Below, in pieces: positions 12,000 through 24,739 of a stretch of 64,000 bases of DNA. Source of the DNA: Octopus sinensis (taxonomy: Eukaryota); the NCBI RefSeq assembly GCF_006345805.1, contig NC_043001.1:131502001-131566000 (forward strand). Direction: 5' to 3'. A program made the translations under genes and the position numbers. Numbering within the stretch: position 1 is the first letter of the stretch; the number at the start of each line of letters is the position of its first letter. The notes under the pieces were generated by a model that had not been told where the DNA came from, did not search any database, and worked only from the letters and a program-made list of their open reading frames with translations.

Positions 12000-12037
12000 A
12001 TATGTGTGTCTGTTTATAAATATATATGTATGCATGC

Positions 12038-12068
<31 letters not shown>

Positions 12069-13338
12069 CATGTTCTTATGTGTGCATGTGAGTGTGTGTA
12101 TGCATGCAAAAATATATATATATACACATATATATACATGTTCATATATCTAATATGTATGTAGTGTATGTCTGTGAGTGTATAGTTGCTAAAAGAAGCT
12201 GGATTTAAAATTTCCGTAAGCATTGAAGCACTATCTCTTCCTCTCTTTCACAGTCTTTTTTTTTTGTGTATGTGTGTTATTTATTTTGTTGTTCTTGGAG
12301 GGAGGTTATGTGTAGGCTGCAGGGAAGATGTAAAGGGGGGAGAAGAGAGAGAGAAAGGTGATGGAGAGCAGGATTGTTTTTGTTTTTGCATATTTTTTTC
12401 TTATATATATATCTAAAAATCACAACAGATTTTGTTTTTCTCTTCATTGTTAAAATTACTTCCTGTGAAGGTGTTGCAATTTTAACTTAATCAAGGTACT
12501 TAGAAAATAAACATGAACACAAGAAGAAAAAAGAAACACTGCTGCTATTGATTTCAAGCAAATTGTTTATATACCTACTTCCATTGATCTCTCAGTATCA
12601 TTTGCAATGCTCCAATGGCTCTTCAATGGTGTCGGTCAATGCTAGATCTTTATATATTTATTATAGCATTGGTTTATACCATTCCATCTACTTAAATAGG
12701 AACAAAGAGCATTAAACAATATTGATTAATATCCTACATATCTTCTACTGATTTATTATTATTATTATTATCATTGTTGTTGTTGTTGTTGTTGTTATTA
12801 TTAGCAATGTAATAGTGGTGGTAGTAGTTGTGATACAAAACCAGAATTTTCTTTGTCTGATCATATGCTATTACTTAACTTGATTTTGGAATTCATATAA
12901 TTTTAGCTGCTTGCTTATTTTATCCATTTTCTGTGAACTCAAGATTTTAAATGAAATTACACATTGTATGTCTGTATACATGTATGTGTGTTTGAGACTG
13001 TTGCATTGTATATATATGTTCAAAACATTGACATGTGAACATGAAGATAAAAGAAATCTATTAAAATGGAAAGTTTAACTCCATTTGTTCTCAGGTATGT
13101 GCATATTAGTACTGGTATCTTTGTGTATATACACATAGTGATGAATATAGTAGGAGTGAGAGTAATAACTGTATAAGTCAATACTTAACTAATTCAGGTT
13201 GAGTAGCACTAACCAGATGAATTATATCTAGTGTAGATAGAAGGATAAGTCTAAAGTAGGTATCATGCCAAGAAGTTTCAGCAACTAGCCACTACATGTG
13301 GATTGGTGAATATAAGTTTATACTGTTGTTACTGTTTA

Positions 13339-13675
13339 AGGTGCATGGCTCAGTGGTTAGAGCGTCGAGCTTACGATCGTGAGGTTGTGAGCTCGAATCC
13401 CAGACCGGCTGCGTGTTGTGTTCTTGAGCAAAGCACTTTATTTCACATTGCTCCAGTTCGCTCAGCTGGCAAAAATGAGTTGCGACGTCACTGGTGCCAA
13501 GCTGTATCGACCTTTGTCTTTCCTTTGGATAACACTGGTGGCGTGGAGAGGGGAGGCTGGTATGCATGGGCGACTGCTGGTCTTCCATAAACAACCTTGC
13601 CTGGACTTGTGTCTAGGAGGGTAACTTTCTAGGTGCAATCCCATGGTCATTCATGACCGAAGGGGGTCTTTACCC
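13339..13675 (+). mobile_element. tRNA-derived SINE
   Basis: Box A tggctcagtgg, box B-like gctcgaatccc, core gtgttcttgagcaaagcactttatttcacattgctccag; 10-bp TSD ttactgttta at 13329-13338 and 13676-13685. Confidence 0.88.
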
Positions 13676-14105
13676 TTACTGTTTAGCTTCAAGCTATTTC
13701 TGACTGAGTAGATGCATGGTCAAAAGCTTTCTGACTTTGATCAGCTTGTTTGAATTTCAAGAATAGTGTATCCAGAACTACAATATCCAATCTGTCCTTC
13801 TTGTTTTTGTTTTGGTTTTTTTTTTTTGTATTTTAAGATGATAGTGTTCGAGCTAAGAGAGATTTGGCTATTATTTCTAGGAAGTTAAATGGCCAGGTAA
13901 AGTCTCTCTGGATGTTTTTTTAATTTTTTTTTATGAAGTGTCTATGTAGAGGGTACAACAAATAGTTAAAAGATTTGACACTTAAAAGTATAGTTAATTT
14001 GACTGACTTGACTTTGGTACATGACCGGCACTTACATAACTGAAATTCTTCTATGCATACAAAGGCAAGGTTGGCTCTGCAAAAGTAGGGGACATAATTT
14101 GATAC

Positions 14106-14140
14106 CTATTTCTTTACTGGCCACAAGGGGCTACACACAG
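14106..14140 (-). mobile_element. Ultra-truncated SINE 3' end (35 nt) between direct repeats
   Basis: ctatttctttactggccacaaggggctacacacag matches the tail of the 42720 family; flanked by aggggaca(t/a)aatttgatac at 14087-14105 and 14141-14159. Confidence 0.7.
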
Positions 14141-15261
14141 AGGGGACAAAATTTGATACTACTGAACATTTTACCATTTCGAATTACAATGTTTTCTGTA
14201 GGCCCTTCTTGTATGCTTCCTTCCCCCAGATTGAGACGTGGTTCATTGGCTTGTAGTTCTGAGCTCATTTCTTCCAGCAAAGAAAGATTGTTTTTCACCA
14301 GTATAATGCTACAAAAGTTGTGGATCTTTTGCAATATGGAAAAAGAAAGATTTAGGATTTAGCACTCTAATGATTGTGATAGAAATCTTTTCTGAATACT
14401 TTCATCATGTTGCCTTTAGTCAGATTAATTTCATTAAAAATTTGTCAACAACCTTAAACTGGTTGTTTTCAACCTTCTTACTCGTAGCATATGTAGAAAT
14501 ATTTTGATACACATTGTGTGTAAACTAAAATGTATTGAGAAATTATAGCCTACTTTTTTTATTATTTTTAACTGGCAAAAAACTTACAGGGGCTGAGAGT
14601 TTCATGCTTGACACTTCTCAAATTAGCTTCAGCTCTGAAAGCTTGTTTTTTATATAGTGTGAATTGCATTTCTTTCTGGAATGTTTGATTAAAAGTATAC
14701 ATGTATGTGGGTTTATTGATGGTCACACGAAAATTGCTTAGGTTTTAAAATAATTTTCCCATTAAACAGAAAGTAATCTTGAGAGGAGCTTATAAATATA
14801 ATAATTAAAAGTATAGAAATTATCAAGTGCTATCTTCTATATTCAATAGATGAAGCATAATTATCAAGAATTTAAATTTAGAATTTTGGATATTTTTTAC
14901 ATATTATTTAAAAATATACAATACATGTAATGGACGTTAAATGATGAAGATGATGATGATGATGATGAAAGTGTTTATGTGTACATGCATGTGTGTGAAT
15001 GCCATAGTACACTGTTTGCCTTAGAACATTGCTTATACTACTATTTCAATTTTTAGCTTGTCATATTGATGTGGCATTATAAAATATAACACTGCACCCA
15101 GATTAGTATCAGAAAATAGTATTATAAATTTAATTGAATATTTAAACATCTTTTATGAACAGACGTTATTAATAAAACATTGTAATAATATATCTTAAGC
15201 CTCTTCTGTGTGCACAAGTGTGTGTACATACATATATAAGTATATATGTATAACTACATAA

Positions 15262-15292
<31 letters not shown>

Positions 15293-15519
15293 TATATATA
15301 TATATATATATATTTAAAATGTAAAATAAACAAAAATTAGCTAAGTGGAATAATCAAGAGTAGCCAATGGTACACGTATTTGAACAACATAGACAAATAA
15401 TTGTAGTGCACCTGAGCACTGTACACAATTATTATTATTATTATTATAATGCAGTTATTAGACTCTGTTTTGTTTACACTGTGGCTAATCTTGTTCAATA
15501 CATTCTGAAATACATCTAC

Positions 15520-15713
15520 CAGTCATCAGGCTGTGGCCATGTTGGGGCACTGCCTTGAAGGATTTAAGTCAAACAAATCAAACTCTAGAACTTATTTTTT
15601 TTAAAGTCTAATACTTATTCTATTAGTGACTTTTGCCAAACTGCTAAGTTATGGGGAAGTAAATACACCAACACCAATTGTCAAACAGTGGGGAGGTACA
15701 AACACAGACACAA

Positions 15714-15748
<35 letters not shown>

Positions 15749-15890
15749 TATGATGGGCTTCTTTCAGTTTCTCTCTATCAAACCCATTCACAAACCTTTG
15801 GAAGACACTTACCCAAGGTGCCATGGAGGAGGACTGAACCTGGAACCATGTGGTTGGGAAGCAAATTTCCTACCACACAATCATGCCTGC
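15520..15890 (-). mobile_element. SINE (same family), diverged
   Basis: gctgtggccatgttggggcactgcc ... gggcttctttcagtttc ... ggactgaacctggaaccatgtggttgggaagc. Confidence 0.8.
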
Positions 15891-18094
15891 AGGTATATCT
15901 ATATGTGCAAACACATACTCACAGTTTTACATATATCCTTTATTTGTTCATATTTTTTCCTTGAAAATGTGTTTCATCATGCATATTCAAGTGGGCTTGA
16001 TGTACATATGTTGATACTAATTGTTGTTGAGTCCTTAGTTAACCTTGATTAAGCAAGACTTATAATTAAAGGCTTTCCAATCATGGCTCATTCAAAACTA
16101 CATTTTATCATGTATATCTTATCATTATATATAACACTGAGGTTTGATTTAAGGAAGAATTGGTTGCTATTTTTAGCAGGTCCATGATATATACATGTGC
16201 ATGCATGTAATAACTTTACAAACTCATGTGAAAAAAGTTTCTTGTCTCTATGATACCTTGAGGTATGGGTTTTGTAACTCCAGTAGCTATACACACACTT
16301 TTGGCTATTTTTACATTTCCTAAAATTAGACATTGAAATTTTATTTTCATTTATCTACTATTATAAAACATCTTTTATTAAGCTAGGGCATCTCCATTTT
16401 GTTAACCCCTTTTTTCCCCTTTCGTCTGTTTTACATGTGTGTGTGTGTGTGTGTGTGTTCATATTTCTCAGCCTTGCTTAACAAGCTTCGCCTATCTTAA
16501 GTTTCCTTTCATCTTTTTAAAATGTACTGGTTTTCCACTGAACCTGCTGTCTAAAACTTGCCATCTCTTCAATATGCCTTGTTGTAAGCTAAAAATAAAT
16601 TAATAGGTTGACTATTGGATTTCTCTCTCCCTCTCTCTTTCTTTCTTTCCTTCAGTCCCACCTGCACTCCCTCTCTTTCACTCACTCATTCTTGCTCACC
16701 TTATGTCTCTCTCCCTCTATTTCTCTTTTTCTTTCATATGATCCAAGAACTTAATTCTTCCGTTTTAATATGCTAGTAGTATTAGGACAGGTGAAATGCT
16801 GCATTCTTTCCTTTTTTTTTTAGACATTTATTTTATTTTTTATTTTTTAATTTTATTCTCTATGGCAATAAAGATATAGGATTATTTCATAATGCAACAA
16901 TCCTAGAAATAGTTATTTTTTGGTCTTTGACAGTTTCATTCTCAGAATTTAGGATTAAGATTTTGATTTCTGAAGACAAGATCAGGCTGATTGAAAACTG
17001 TCTTTACTTTATTGTTGAATGTATAATGCACAAACAGATAATCATAAAATTCATCAAAGATGTGCCACTTTTCTATATCAACTCTCCCTATTCTGTTACA
17101 TTCTTATTGCTTACCTAGATTATTTATAAAAGTTGAGTTTGCTATGCTGGTTTTGGACTATCTTCACCTAAGTCAACAGTTTGAATTTACTTCTTGTAAT
17201 TTGTTACCTTTATGGGCAGAACACATTATTTTACACTGCTTTAGTTCTCTTAATCATCAGATACAGGTAGCCACAAATTGACATCTGCTAAATAATTTGG
17301 TCTGTTTTGTTACTGAATCCAAAATTCTGTTCAAAACTACACTCTGCAAAGTATAGCAAGAGAACAACATACCATTTCATACAAAACTCAACACACATAC
17401 AAAGCAGTCGCCAATTTAGGCAACTATTAAACCTGTATACTACTCTTGGGTGGTACTTAATTAGTTTGGGTGGTACTTAATTAGTCTTTGTTGTACTGTA
17501 GCCATTTTAATGCTGTGTGCGTGCATGCATATGTGTGCATGTCTGTATGTATCTGTGAATTATAGACATATGCATTTGTTTATGAATATGGTTTGTGTAT
17601 GTATTTTGTGACATTTTACTTTATCTTTTCTGCACATTTGCATTTGGAATGTATATATAAATATGTCCTTTTTTACTGTTTGACTCTACGGATATGCTTA
17701 TATGTATCTAAGTGCATGTCTATGTATGAGTGTTTATATTTCTCCTGTTACTCTTCTGTGTACATGTGTGTATCAGTGTATGTATTTGTGCATATGCGTG
17801 AGTGTAGAAGACAGTTGTATGTGGATTTGTGGGATTAGGTTGGTGAATGTATATATATATATATATCTTTTGTCTGCATGTGTACCTAATTCAAAGTTTG
17901 AAATAAAATTAATATTTGTACCAGGTGCATTATTACACTCATGTCATATATTGTGTAAGCATTTCATAAAATGTTCATAGTGCACATGGCATAATAGACA
18001 CTCTCTCTCACACACACACCACACACACACACACATGTGTGTAATGTGAGTGTATGTGCATATATATATATCTGTGTGTTCATATATGAGTACG

Positions 18095-18132
<38 letters not shown>

Positions 18133-19934
18133 TGTCCATTTGTTGTATTATCTCTTTTCTTCCAAAAAGTCCATTTGCCTTACAAACAAAGACATTGGAA
18201 CAAAGAATGGCCAGTTAGTTTTCCCATGGGCTATTTTGTATAACTCAAATAATAATAATAATAATAATATAATAATAATAATAATAATAATAACAATAAT
18301 AATAATAATTATAATAATAATAGCAGCAACAGCAATATTAATGAGGGTGATGATGATGGTGGTGGTAATAAATAAATAAATCAATAGATAAATAAGTGTA
18401 TCATTTTAGTGTAACTTTAAAATGCAAAATTATATCTATTAATTTCCATCCGTTCCTCTGTAAATTGCTTGATGTTTTTGAGTATATTATTAATGCAAAA
18501 ATTAAAATTATGCATATATTACAAGCAGCATTTATCTAGTTTTGTTTGTTCATGTGTGTAGAGTGTTGGTGGGGCATGCGTATATGTATGTTCAGCCCTG
18601 TCTCTTTTTCTTTCTCAAATTTTGTCTTCCCTTCTTTCTATTTCATTGTATCCCATTTATATAAAATCTTACTTAAATTTTCTTAGGACTTTAGTGTTGT
18701 TGTTCTTGTTTGAGTGAACATGTCTGGATGTTTGCATGCATGTGTGTGTAATGTGTACTTCCATCTCTTCATCATCTCTTTCTATTTCTACTGCTCCATT
18801 CTTTCTTTCATTCTCAGTTCTGTCTCTTTCATTATAATATATCTTGTTCCAGTATTGTTGAGTCGTTTGCATGGACATTGATACTTGTGTGAGCACGTGT
18901 GTATGTGTGTGTGTGTGTGTGTGTGTGTATGTTTCCTTCTCTCAATTTCTTTCTCTACACCCAATTTCTCACCCACCTCTTCCCTCCTTATGTTTATATA
19001 TATTGTTTCGATGCTGTTGTTGTTGTTCAAGTTTACTCATTTGTATGCACCACAGTAAAAATCAACTCCATTGATGACATAGATTAAGGAATCACAATTC
19101 CACATATCGTTTCATTCCTTCTATATGCTTAATCCAAATATGGTAGGATTGCATATATGTAATATAGTGACTTAAATATCCATCAATGAACTGTAATTAT
19201 TCATAAAATTAGTTGACAAAAATTCTTTCTAAGGGTATTTTAAATCTAAAAATAACAAGCAAGGGAGATAACTCTAGTAAGACTGGCTAATTGAAATTTT
19301 TGCTAAGTATGGGCAATGTGTATGGAGTGGATCTTGTCTCTAAAGCTAACCAGTAAAAGCATTTCAATCTTATTAGATCTCCACAGGGAAGCATAATGTT
19401 CCAGTTTGTGAGATTAAGGCAGATATATATGTAAAGAAATGGCAGAGTGTAGTGATGCTGATATTTAGTAGTTTTCTATTAATGCCTAGATGTATCCATA
19501 CACTCATTCATTTAATTTAACTATCTACTATATTTTTATATTCTTCCTCTGATAGGTCTTTTGGTTTCTTTTCATGTTTGTTTCTATCTTACATGTATTT
19601 GTTGAATATTATTGTTCCCTTAATTTGTTTGTTCCATTTGAAAAATTTTTATTTTGTCTATAGCTTTTATTTTTACAACCACCTCCACAATCATCATGCT
19701 CATTGTCATCTTATATTATTTGTTTATGAAAAGGTTTGCTTCTCCTCAAGGATAACTTTTCATTTCTTTGTAAACATTCAGATTTCATATCTTCATTTAT
19801 TATTCTATTCATTGTAAACTATTAAACACAGTACACACACACACACAAACACACAGTATTTATATATGTTTGTATATGTGTATGTATATATGTTTATATA
19901 TAGAAATGTACTTATGTGTATATTTATGTATTAG

Positions 19935-19999
<65 letters not shown>

Positions 20000-20374
20000 A
20001 GTAGTAGTAGTTGTGAATATAAGAGGGAAAGTTACCTTTAATTAAATTTGATTTGTTATGTAAAATATCACTGCCCACTTATGTCAGTATGGTTGTATAA
20101 TTGTACTTAGTGATTTGACAGGGAAATCATATTGATTTTATAATCTACCTATTTGTGTTAAGATCACACAGGCCTGCCTTGCAGTTATAGTACAGTAGTT
20201 GTATTTCAAGGCAACATACAAGATATAAGGCAGCAATTAACTGCCTAAATGTCTCACTAAACAGTACATCTTGTCATAATCAGCTGCCAGTTAATGCAAG
20301 CAGGCATGGAATATTGTGTTTTATTATCATTATTGTTGTTGTCATTAAAATGACTTGTGTGTAGTAGTAGTAGT

Positions 20375-20457
<83 letters not shown>

Positions 20458-20787
20458 AAGATCTTTTTTAATTATATATCTTCATATTCTGCCCTATTCA
20501 ATTTTGCTTTAGACTCCACCAGGGTCAATAAATTATGTACCAGTAAAGTACTAAAGGTGATTAAATTGACATCCCTTCTTGGAATTTTGTGGTCATATGA
20601 TTGCGTTAGAAACTATCATGAAGTGCTACCCTCCACTGAATTTGCTTAAAGTTTGGTGAGAGGGGTGATAACAGACTGCATGAATGGATTCTCAGTATAT
20701 GCCTGTGGGCTGAAGAAAACAGCTTGGACATAGCACATACTCTTGACAAAGAGGGCAAAATTGGATCTTTTTTTTTTTGCTCTAGAC

Positions 20788-20987
20788 CAGGGGTGGGCAA
20801 ACTACGGCCCGCCATAGGTTTTCATGCAGCCTGCCAAGAGCTTTTATGAATCCCAACTTCTATGCAGATACTTCGTAACTGTTTCAGTTGTACAGTAATT
20901 CACAATATTTTCACTTGATTTTTATAAATGAGGCCCGCCAAGGTTCCAAAGATGCACTGTGTGGCCCGCGATCAAAAAAGTTTGCCC
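20788..20987. mobile_element. hAT (Charlie-like) MITE, right TIR truncated
   Basis: Left end caggggtgggcaaactacggccc preceded by ctctagac (NTCTAGAN-type target). Right side tggcccgcg...aaagtttgccc, then replaced by SINE-tail sequence. Confidence 0.75.
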
Positions 20988-21504
20988 GAGTACCAGTTGA
21001 GTACTGGGGTCAGCATGATTGGCTAGCCCCTTCCATCAAACATTTTAGGCTTTGTACCTATAGTAGTAAGGATTCTTAAGGTATGGAATGAGTGTTGATT
21101 AAATATCTTTAGTTTAGTTTCTCTTTAATTTCAGTTCAAATTCTGCAATTTGTTGCCATGTAAGGGGAAGTTGTATGAAATCTTGTGTATTGCACATAGG
21201 AATGTGCCTATGTGCAGTATTCAAAACAACCTGTTTTGAATATTATTGTGTTTTGTAGTGATTTATGAACAAATTGTAGATCAACAGGTAGGTAGATAGA
21301 TAGAGAGAGAGAAAGAGAGAGAGAGATACATACAGACAGATAGATAGAGAGTGTGTGTGTGTATCTGTAATAGATAGACCAGGACAGTCTCAAATTTTTG
21401 TTAAAAATTACTTAAAATTATTATTTCTGTTTGTCATAATTTACAAATCTGAACTATCCTATAAAAATTTTGTCTCTCTTATCAAAGTTAGAGAAACTAA
21501 AATA

Positions 21505-21533
21505 TACTTTTTTTATTTTCTTGTATGTTTCAG
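21505..21533 (+). promoter_or_regulatory. 3' splice acceptor of the zinc-finger exon
   Basis: T-rich tract ...ttttttattttcttgtatgtttcag immediately before the point where protein-like composition begins. Confidence 0.75.
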
Positions 21534-23015
21534 AACCATGCCCAGTGCCTAGTATCAAAAGGAAAGTTATCAGAATGATGGACATAGAGTCTCCCACTTA
21601 TATGCGAAACCCTACACCCCTCCAAAGCCAACAAACACCTAGAACAATGGTTATAGAAGCACAGTCTCCTACTCTTCCAACCCGACCTTTGACCATAGAG
21701 CCTCCCCGAACCCTCTCTATGGATTCTCCCAATAGTAGACAGCTGACAGTTGATCCACCACTTACTCCACAATCTCTAACTCCTTCTGCACGGCCAGTCA
21801 CTCTTGAATCTCAGACACAGCCGATTCTCATGAGACCAATGCCACTAGCACAAACACCATCACCCCCTGCCCCCACCGGATCTCCTGTTGTAGAGCCCCT
21901 CAATCTACATGACCCCAGACCCATCACTCCAGAAGCATCACCTCCAGATAATTCATCTAGTCAATGTGTACCTGATGACATAACTATGGATTCTCCACTT
22001 GATTTGCCCCAGCAACTGCAGCAGCAATCACTATTAGGTGAGAACAATGGCCATAATGGAAGTTTAACCACACCACCTGTACTTGAAATGCCATCTTCAG
22101 ATGTACTTTCTGATCACCACCCCATAGAGAATGGTTCGTCTTCATTGTCTGTTCCAAGTCCAATCTCTGCTGAAGATGACATTGAAATGAAGAACAGTCC
22201 CAGCGCTCTTGGCCAATCCTCTGATAAACATAAATCTCGACGAAAGCGATCTTTGGAGGACATCATTAGTAAGATTAGAGACAGTAGTTACACTGGTAAA
22301 GAGAATGAAGACATTTTGCACCATGTCAAAGAAGGGCGCTTTTTCCTTGATGAAGGAGATGACCTGATGCAGCATATCAAGGAAAACAGTAGCCTGTGCA
22401 GTGAAGAAAGCGAAGAAGAACATGTAAGCGATTCATTAACGTCTGACAAAAAAATTGTTGAGGAAGAAGACAACAAATCACTGGCTGATGACAGCAGACA
22501 GATGATTCCTATGTCCACATCTTTCCCAGAGAAGAAAGACCTTGACCTACATGCCCCATTGAACATTCCAGAACACAAAAAATTCACTCACAATGCACTT
22601 GATCTCTTGGCTTCCAACAGTGGTGATACTGCTTTTCCACACCCTGCTTTGATGACTTCCAAGTTGAATGGGTGGCTTCACTCCCCTTTCAATGGTCTTG
22701 GTCCACTTCCTTTCCCAACCCATCCCGTAGACCATACCTTGGCAGCTCGATACCTCCCAGTCTTTGCTAACAAATTCACTAGTCCGCCTGAAGGAGGAGA
22801 AAAGGACTATCTTAAATGTCAGTATTGTGAAAGAACATTCCGTCGACAAAAAAACTTGGAGAACCACGTTGAAAACACGCATCATGGAAAGGGACCGAAC
22901 AACAAGCGTAAATCTGGAGACTCTGTGCAAGGGGATATGTACTTTAAATGCACACATTGTCCTTACACAACCAAACATCAGAGCAACCTTTATGTCCATC
23001 TGCGGATTCACACGG
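21534..23015 (+). CDS. Large coding exon of a C2H2 zinc-finger transcription factor (Pro/Ser/Thr-rich N-terminal region, acidic patch, basic NLS-like motif, two C2H2 fingers)
   Basis: Open frame within ORF 21470-23065. It is preceded by a polypyrimidine tract ending tttcag (AG at 21532-21533) and followed by donor G|gtaggt (23016). Length 1482 = 494 codons, phase 1-1. Finger 1 is CQYCERTFRRQKNLENHVENTH (22817-22882); finger 2 is CTHCPYTTKHQSNLYVHLRIH (22949-23011), followed by TG, the start of a TGEKP-type linker split at the intron. First in-frame ATGs at 21575/21578. Confidence 0.9.
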
Positions 23016-23021
23016 GTAGGT
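23016..23021 (+). promoter_or_regulatory. 5' splice donor of the zinc-finger exon
   Basis: cacacgG|gtaggt falls inside the HTG linker codon; the ORF then runs into T-rich non-coding sequence and stops. Confidence 0.85.
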
Positions 23022-23297
23022 TTTTCTTTCTTATCTTATATTTATCTAATTTCCATACATTTTAAATTTAATTTAGTTGATATATTTTGTTTTTATGATT
23101 TCTTTTTAAAATGCACTTTCTGTGTTTGTTTACTATATGTGTACATTCACTTGTCTTTGCACCATATTCATATTGCTATTAATGGAAGAATTCTCTTTTG
23201 TTGAAGTAAAAAAAAAAATAAATAAAGGTAGTGTTTTGAAACTGATTATCATCATGATTGTCATCTTCCTCGTCATTGTCGTCATCCTCATCATCAA

Positions 23298-23342
<45 letters not shown>

Positions 23343-23681
23343 TGTCATCCTCATAATCCTTATCATCATCAACAACAGTAGCATAGTTAACCTTACCAAA
23401 TTGATAGAATAGGGCCTAATTCTCAGCAACCTGATCCCGCAGACTGGTTCTAATTTCTTGTCAAAAACAGTTCTCTTATGAGAAATAAAATCAAATCAAC
23501 ATAATCTCAGTCTACCCTTTATTTCAGTTGGGGTACAAGTAAAAAAAAAGAAACAATCTTATCATTACTATTATTATTTAGAAAGGTGAAAAGGCCTGAC
23601 GGAAGAAGAATAAGATTACTAGCTTTGTGAGTAGGAAAACATATCTTCCTGCAGTAAATTTATTATATTGAAATAATAAAA

Positions 23682-23842
23682 GCACCCACTACACTCACGG
23701 AGTGGTTGGCGTTAGGAAGGGCATTCAGCTGTAGAAACACTGCCAGATCAGACTGGGCCTGGTGCAGCCTCCTGGCTTCCCAGACCCCGGTCAAATCATC
23801 CAAATCATCCATGTGCTAGCATGGAAAACCGACGTTAAATGA
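23682..23842 (+). mobile_element. Short retroposon with RTE-type 3' tail
   Basis: gcacccactacactcacggagtggttggcgttaggaagggcattcagctgtagaaac...gcatggaaaaccgacgttaaatga; the tail resembles the RTE remnant end near 58520-58545. Confidence 0.8.
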
Positions 23843-24739
23843 AATCTTTAGGCCTGCTATATACTTTTGCACTTGGTGGTAAACTTCCAATTATGAATAA
23901 AACATAAGCTCTCAAGTTTTTCACTGAACAGGAATCATCTGCTTAGTTTTGATTCTTACTGGCAATGATTTTGCTCACCACACTAATTCCATTGGACAGT
24001 GTTTAAATGTAACAAATTTCCCATATATTCTTTGATAATAGAGAGGATGTGCCCTATGCTTTATTGAGAAAGTATCATTAGAACTATATTTTTTAAAGGC
24101 GTGTATGTTACACAAGTTTTTTTCCTCTCCATCTGTTGGAACAAATTATTTGGTAGAATAGTAGACTACCAGCTTGTTGATCTGGAGTTTATTTCTTATA
24201 GTGTTTACTGGACAGTACATGTAATTCTACGGTTCCTCACTTTATATAGCCATTGAAAACAGATATCTAGGGACATGTGAGAGAGAGGTCTCTTATTTTC
24301 AGAGATAAGCTTCCTGCCTTGAAAGCAAGTAGCAGTCCTTAATGAATTAACCATATCCCACAAAGCATTAATTTTCATATTGAATAGATTTGAAGTGTTA
24401 TGCTCATGTAAGAAACCATGATTGATCAACTCAGAGGAAACCATATCTGAAGTTTGCTACCTCTCTGTTCAGTTTTCTTTTCATCCAAGCCTCATCTTTG
24501 TTTGGTAAGGTAACAATCTGAATTATAGTCATGTTTGATTTGCCATTCATTCTTCTGAAGGTGATAAAATAAATACCAATCAGGCAATGTATTCAGTCAA
24601 AGAAACCACTCTCCTTCAAAAATATGTTGTTTCTGAAAGGACCCTATGGAGGAAGTACCTGAGGGCTTTGTCCCCATGACCTGCCCAAGAACAGTGGGCA
24701 GAGAAAATGAATGAATTATAATTATTATGTTAGTATTTT

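Noticed and set aside
14131-14334. Minus ORF with protein-like stretch LLEEMSSELQANEPRLNLGEGSIQEG
   Set aside because: No domain recognised, no convincing splice signals, and it runs into a SINE fragment.
19370-19440. Possible upstream exon cacag|ggaagcat...atatat|gtaaag
   Set aside because: Weak pyrimidine tract and donor, and the phase does not clearly match the phase-1 acceptor at 21534.
21470-21533. N-terminal MSLLSKLEKLKYTFFIFLYVS of the 531-aa ORF
   Set aside because: It starts at a non-ATG codon and is the read-through of the intron's polypyrimidine tract and acceptor.
21530-23011. Several antisense ORFs over the zinc-finger exon
   Set aside because: Shadow frames of the real coding strand, with no recognisable motifs.
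23016-23065. C-terminal RFFFLILYLSNFHTF of the 531-aa ORF
   Set aside because: It lies after a strong donor inside the HTG linker, so it is intron read-through.
24205-24444. 79-aa minus ORF (GFLHEHNTS...)
   Set aside because: No diagnostic transposase or RT motif could be confirmed, and its length is within chance expectation.
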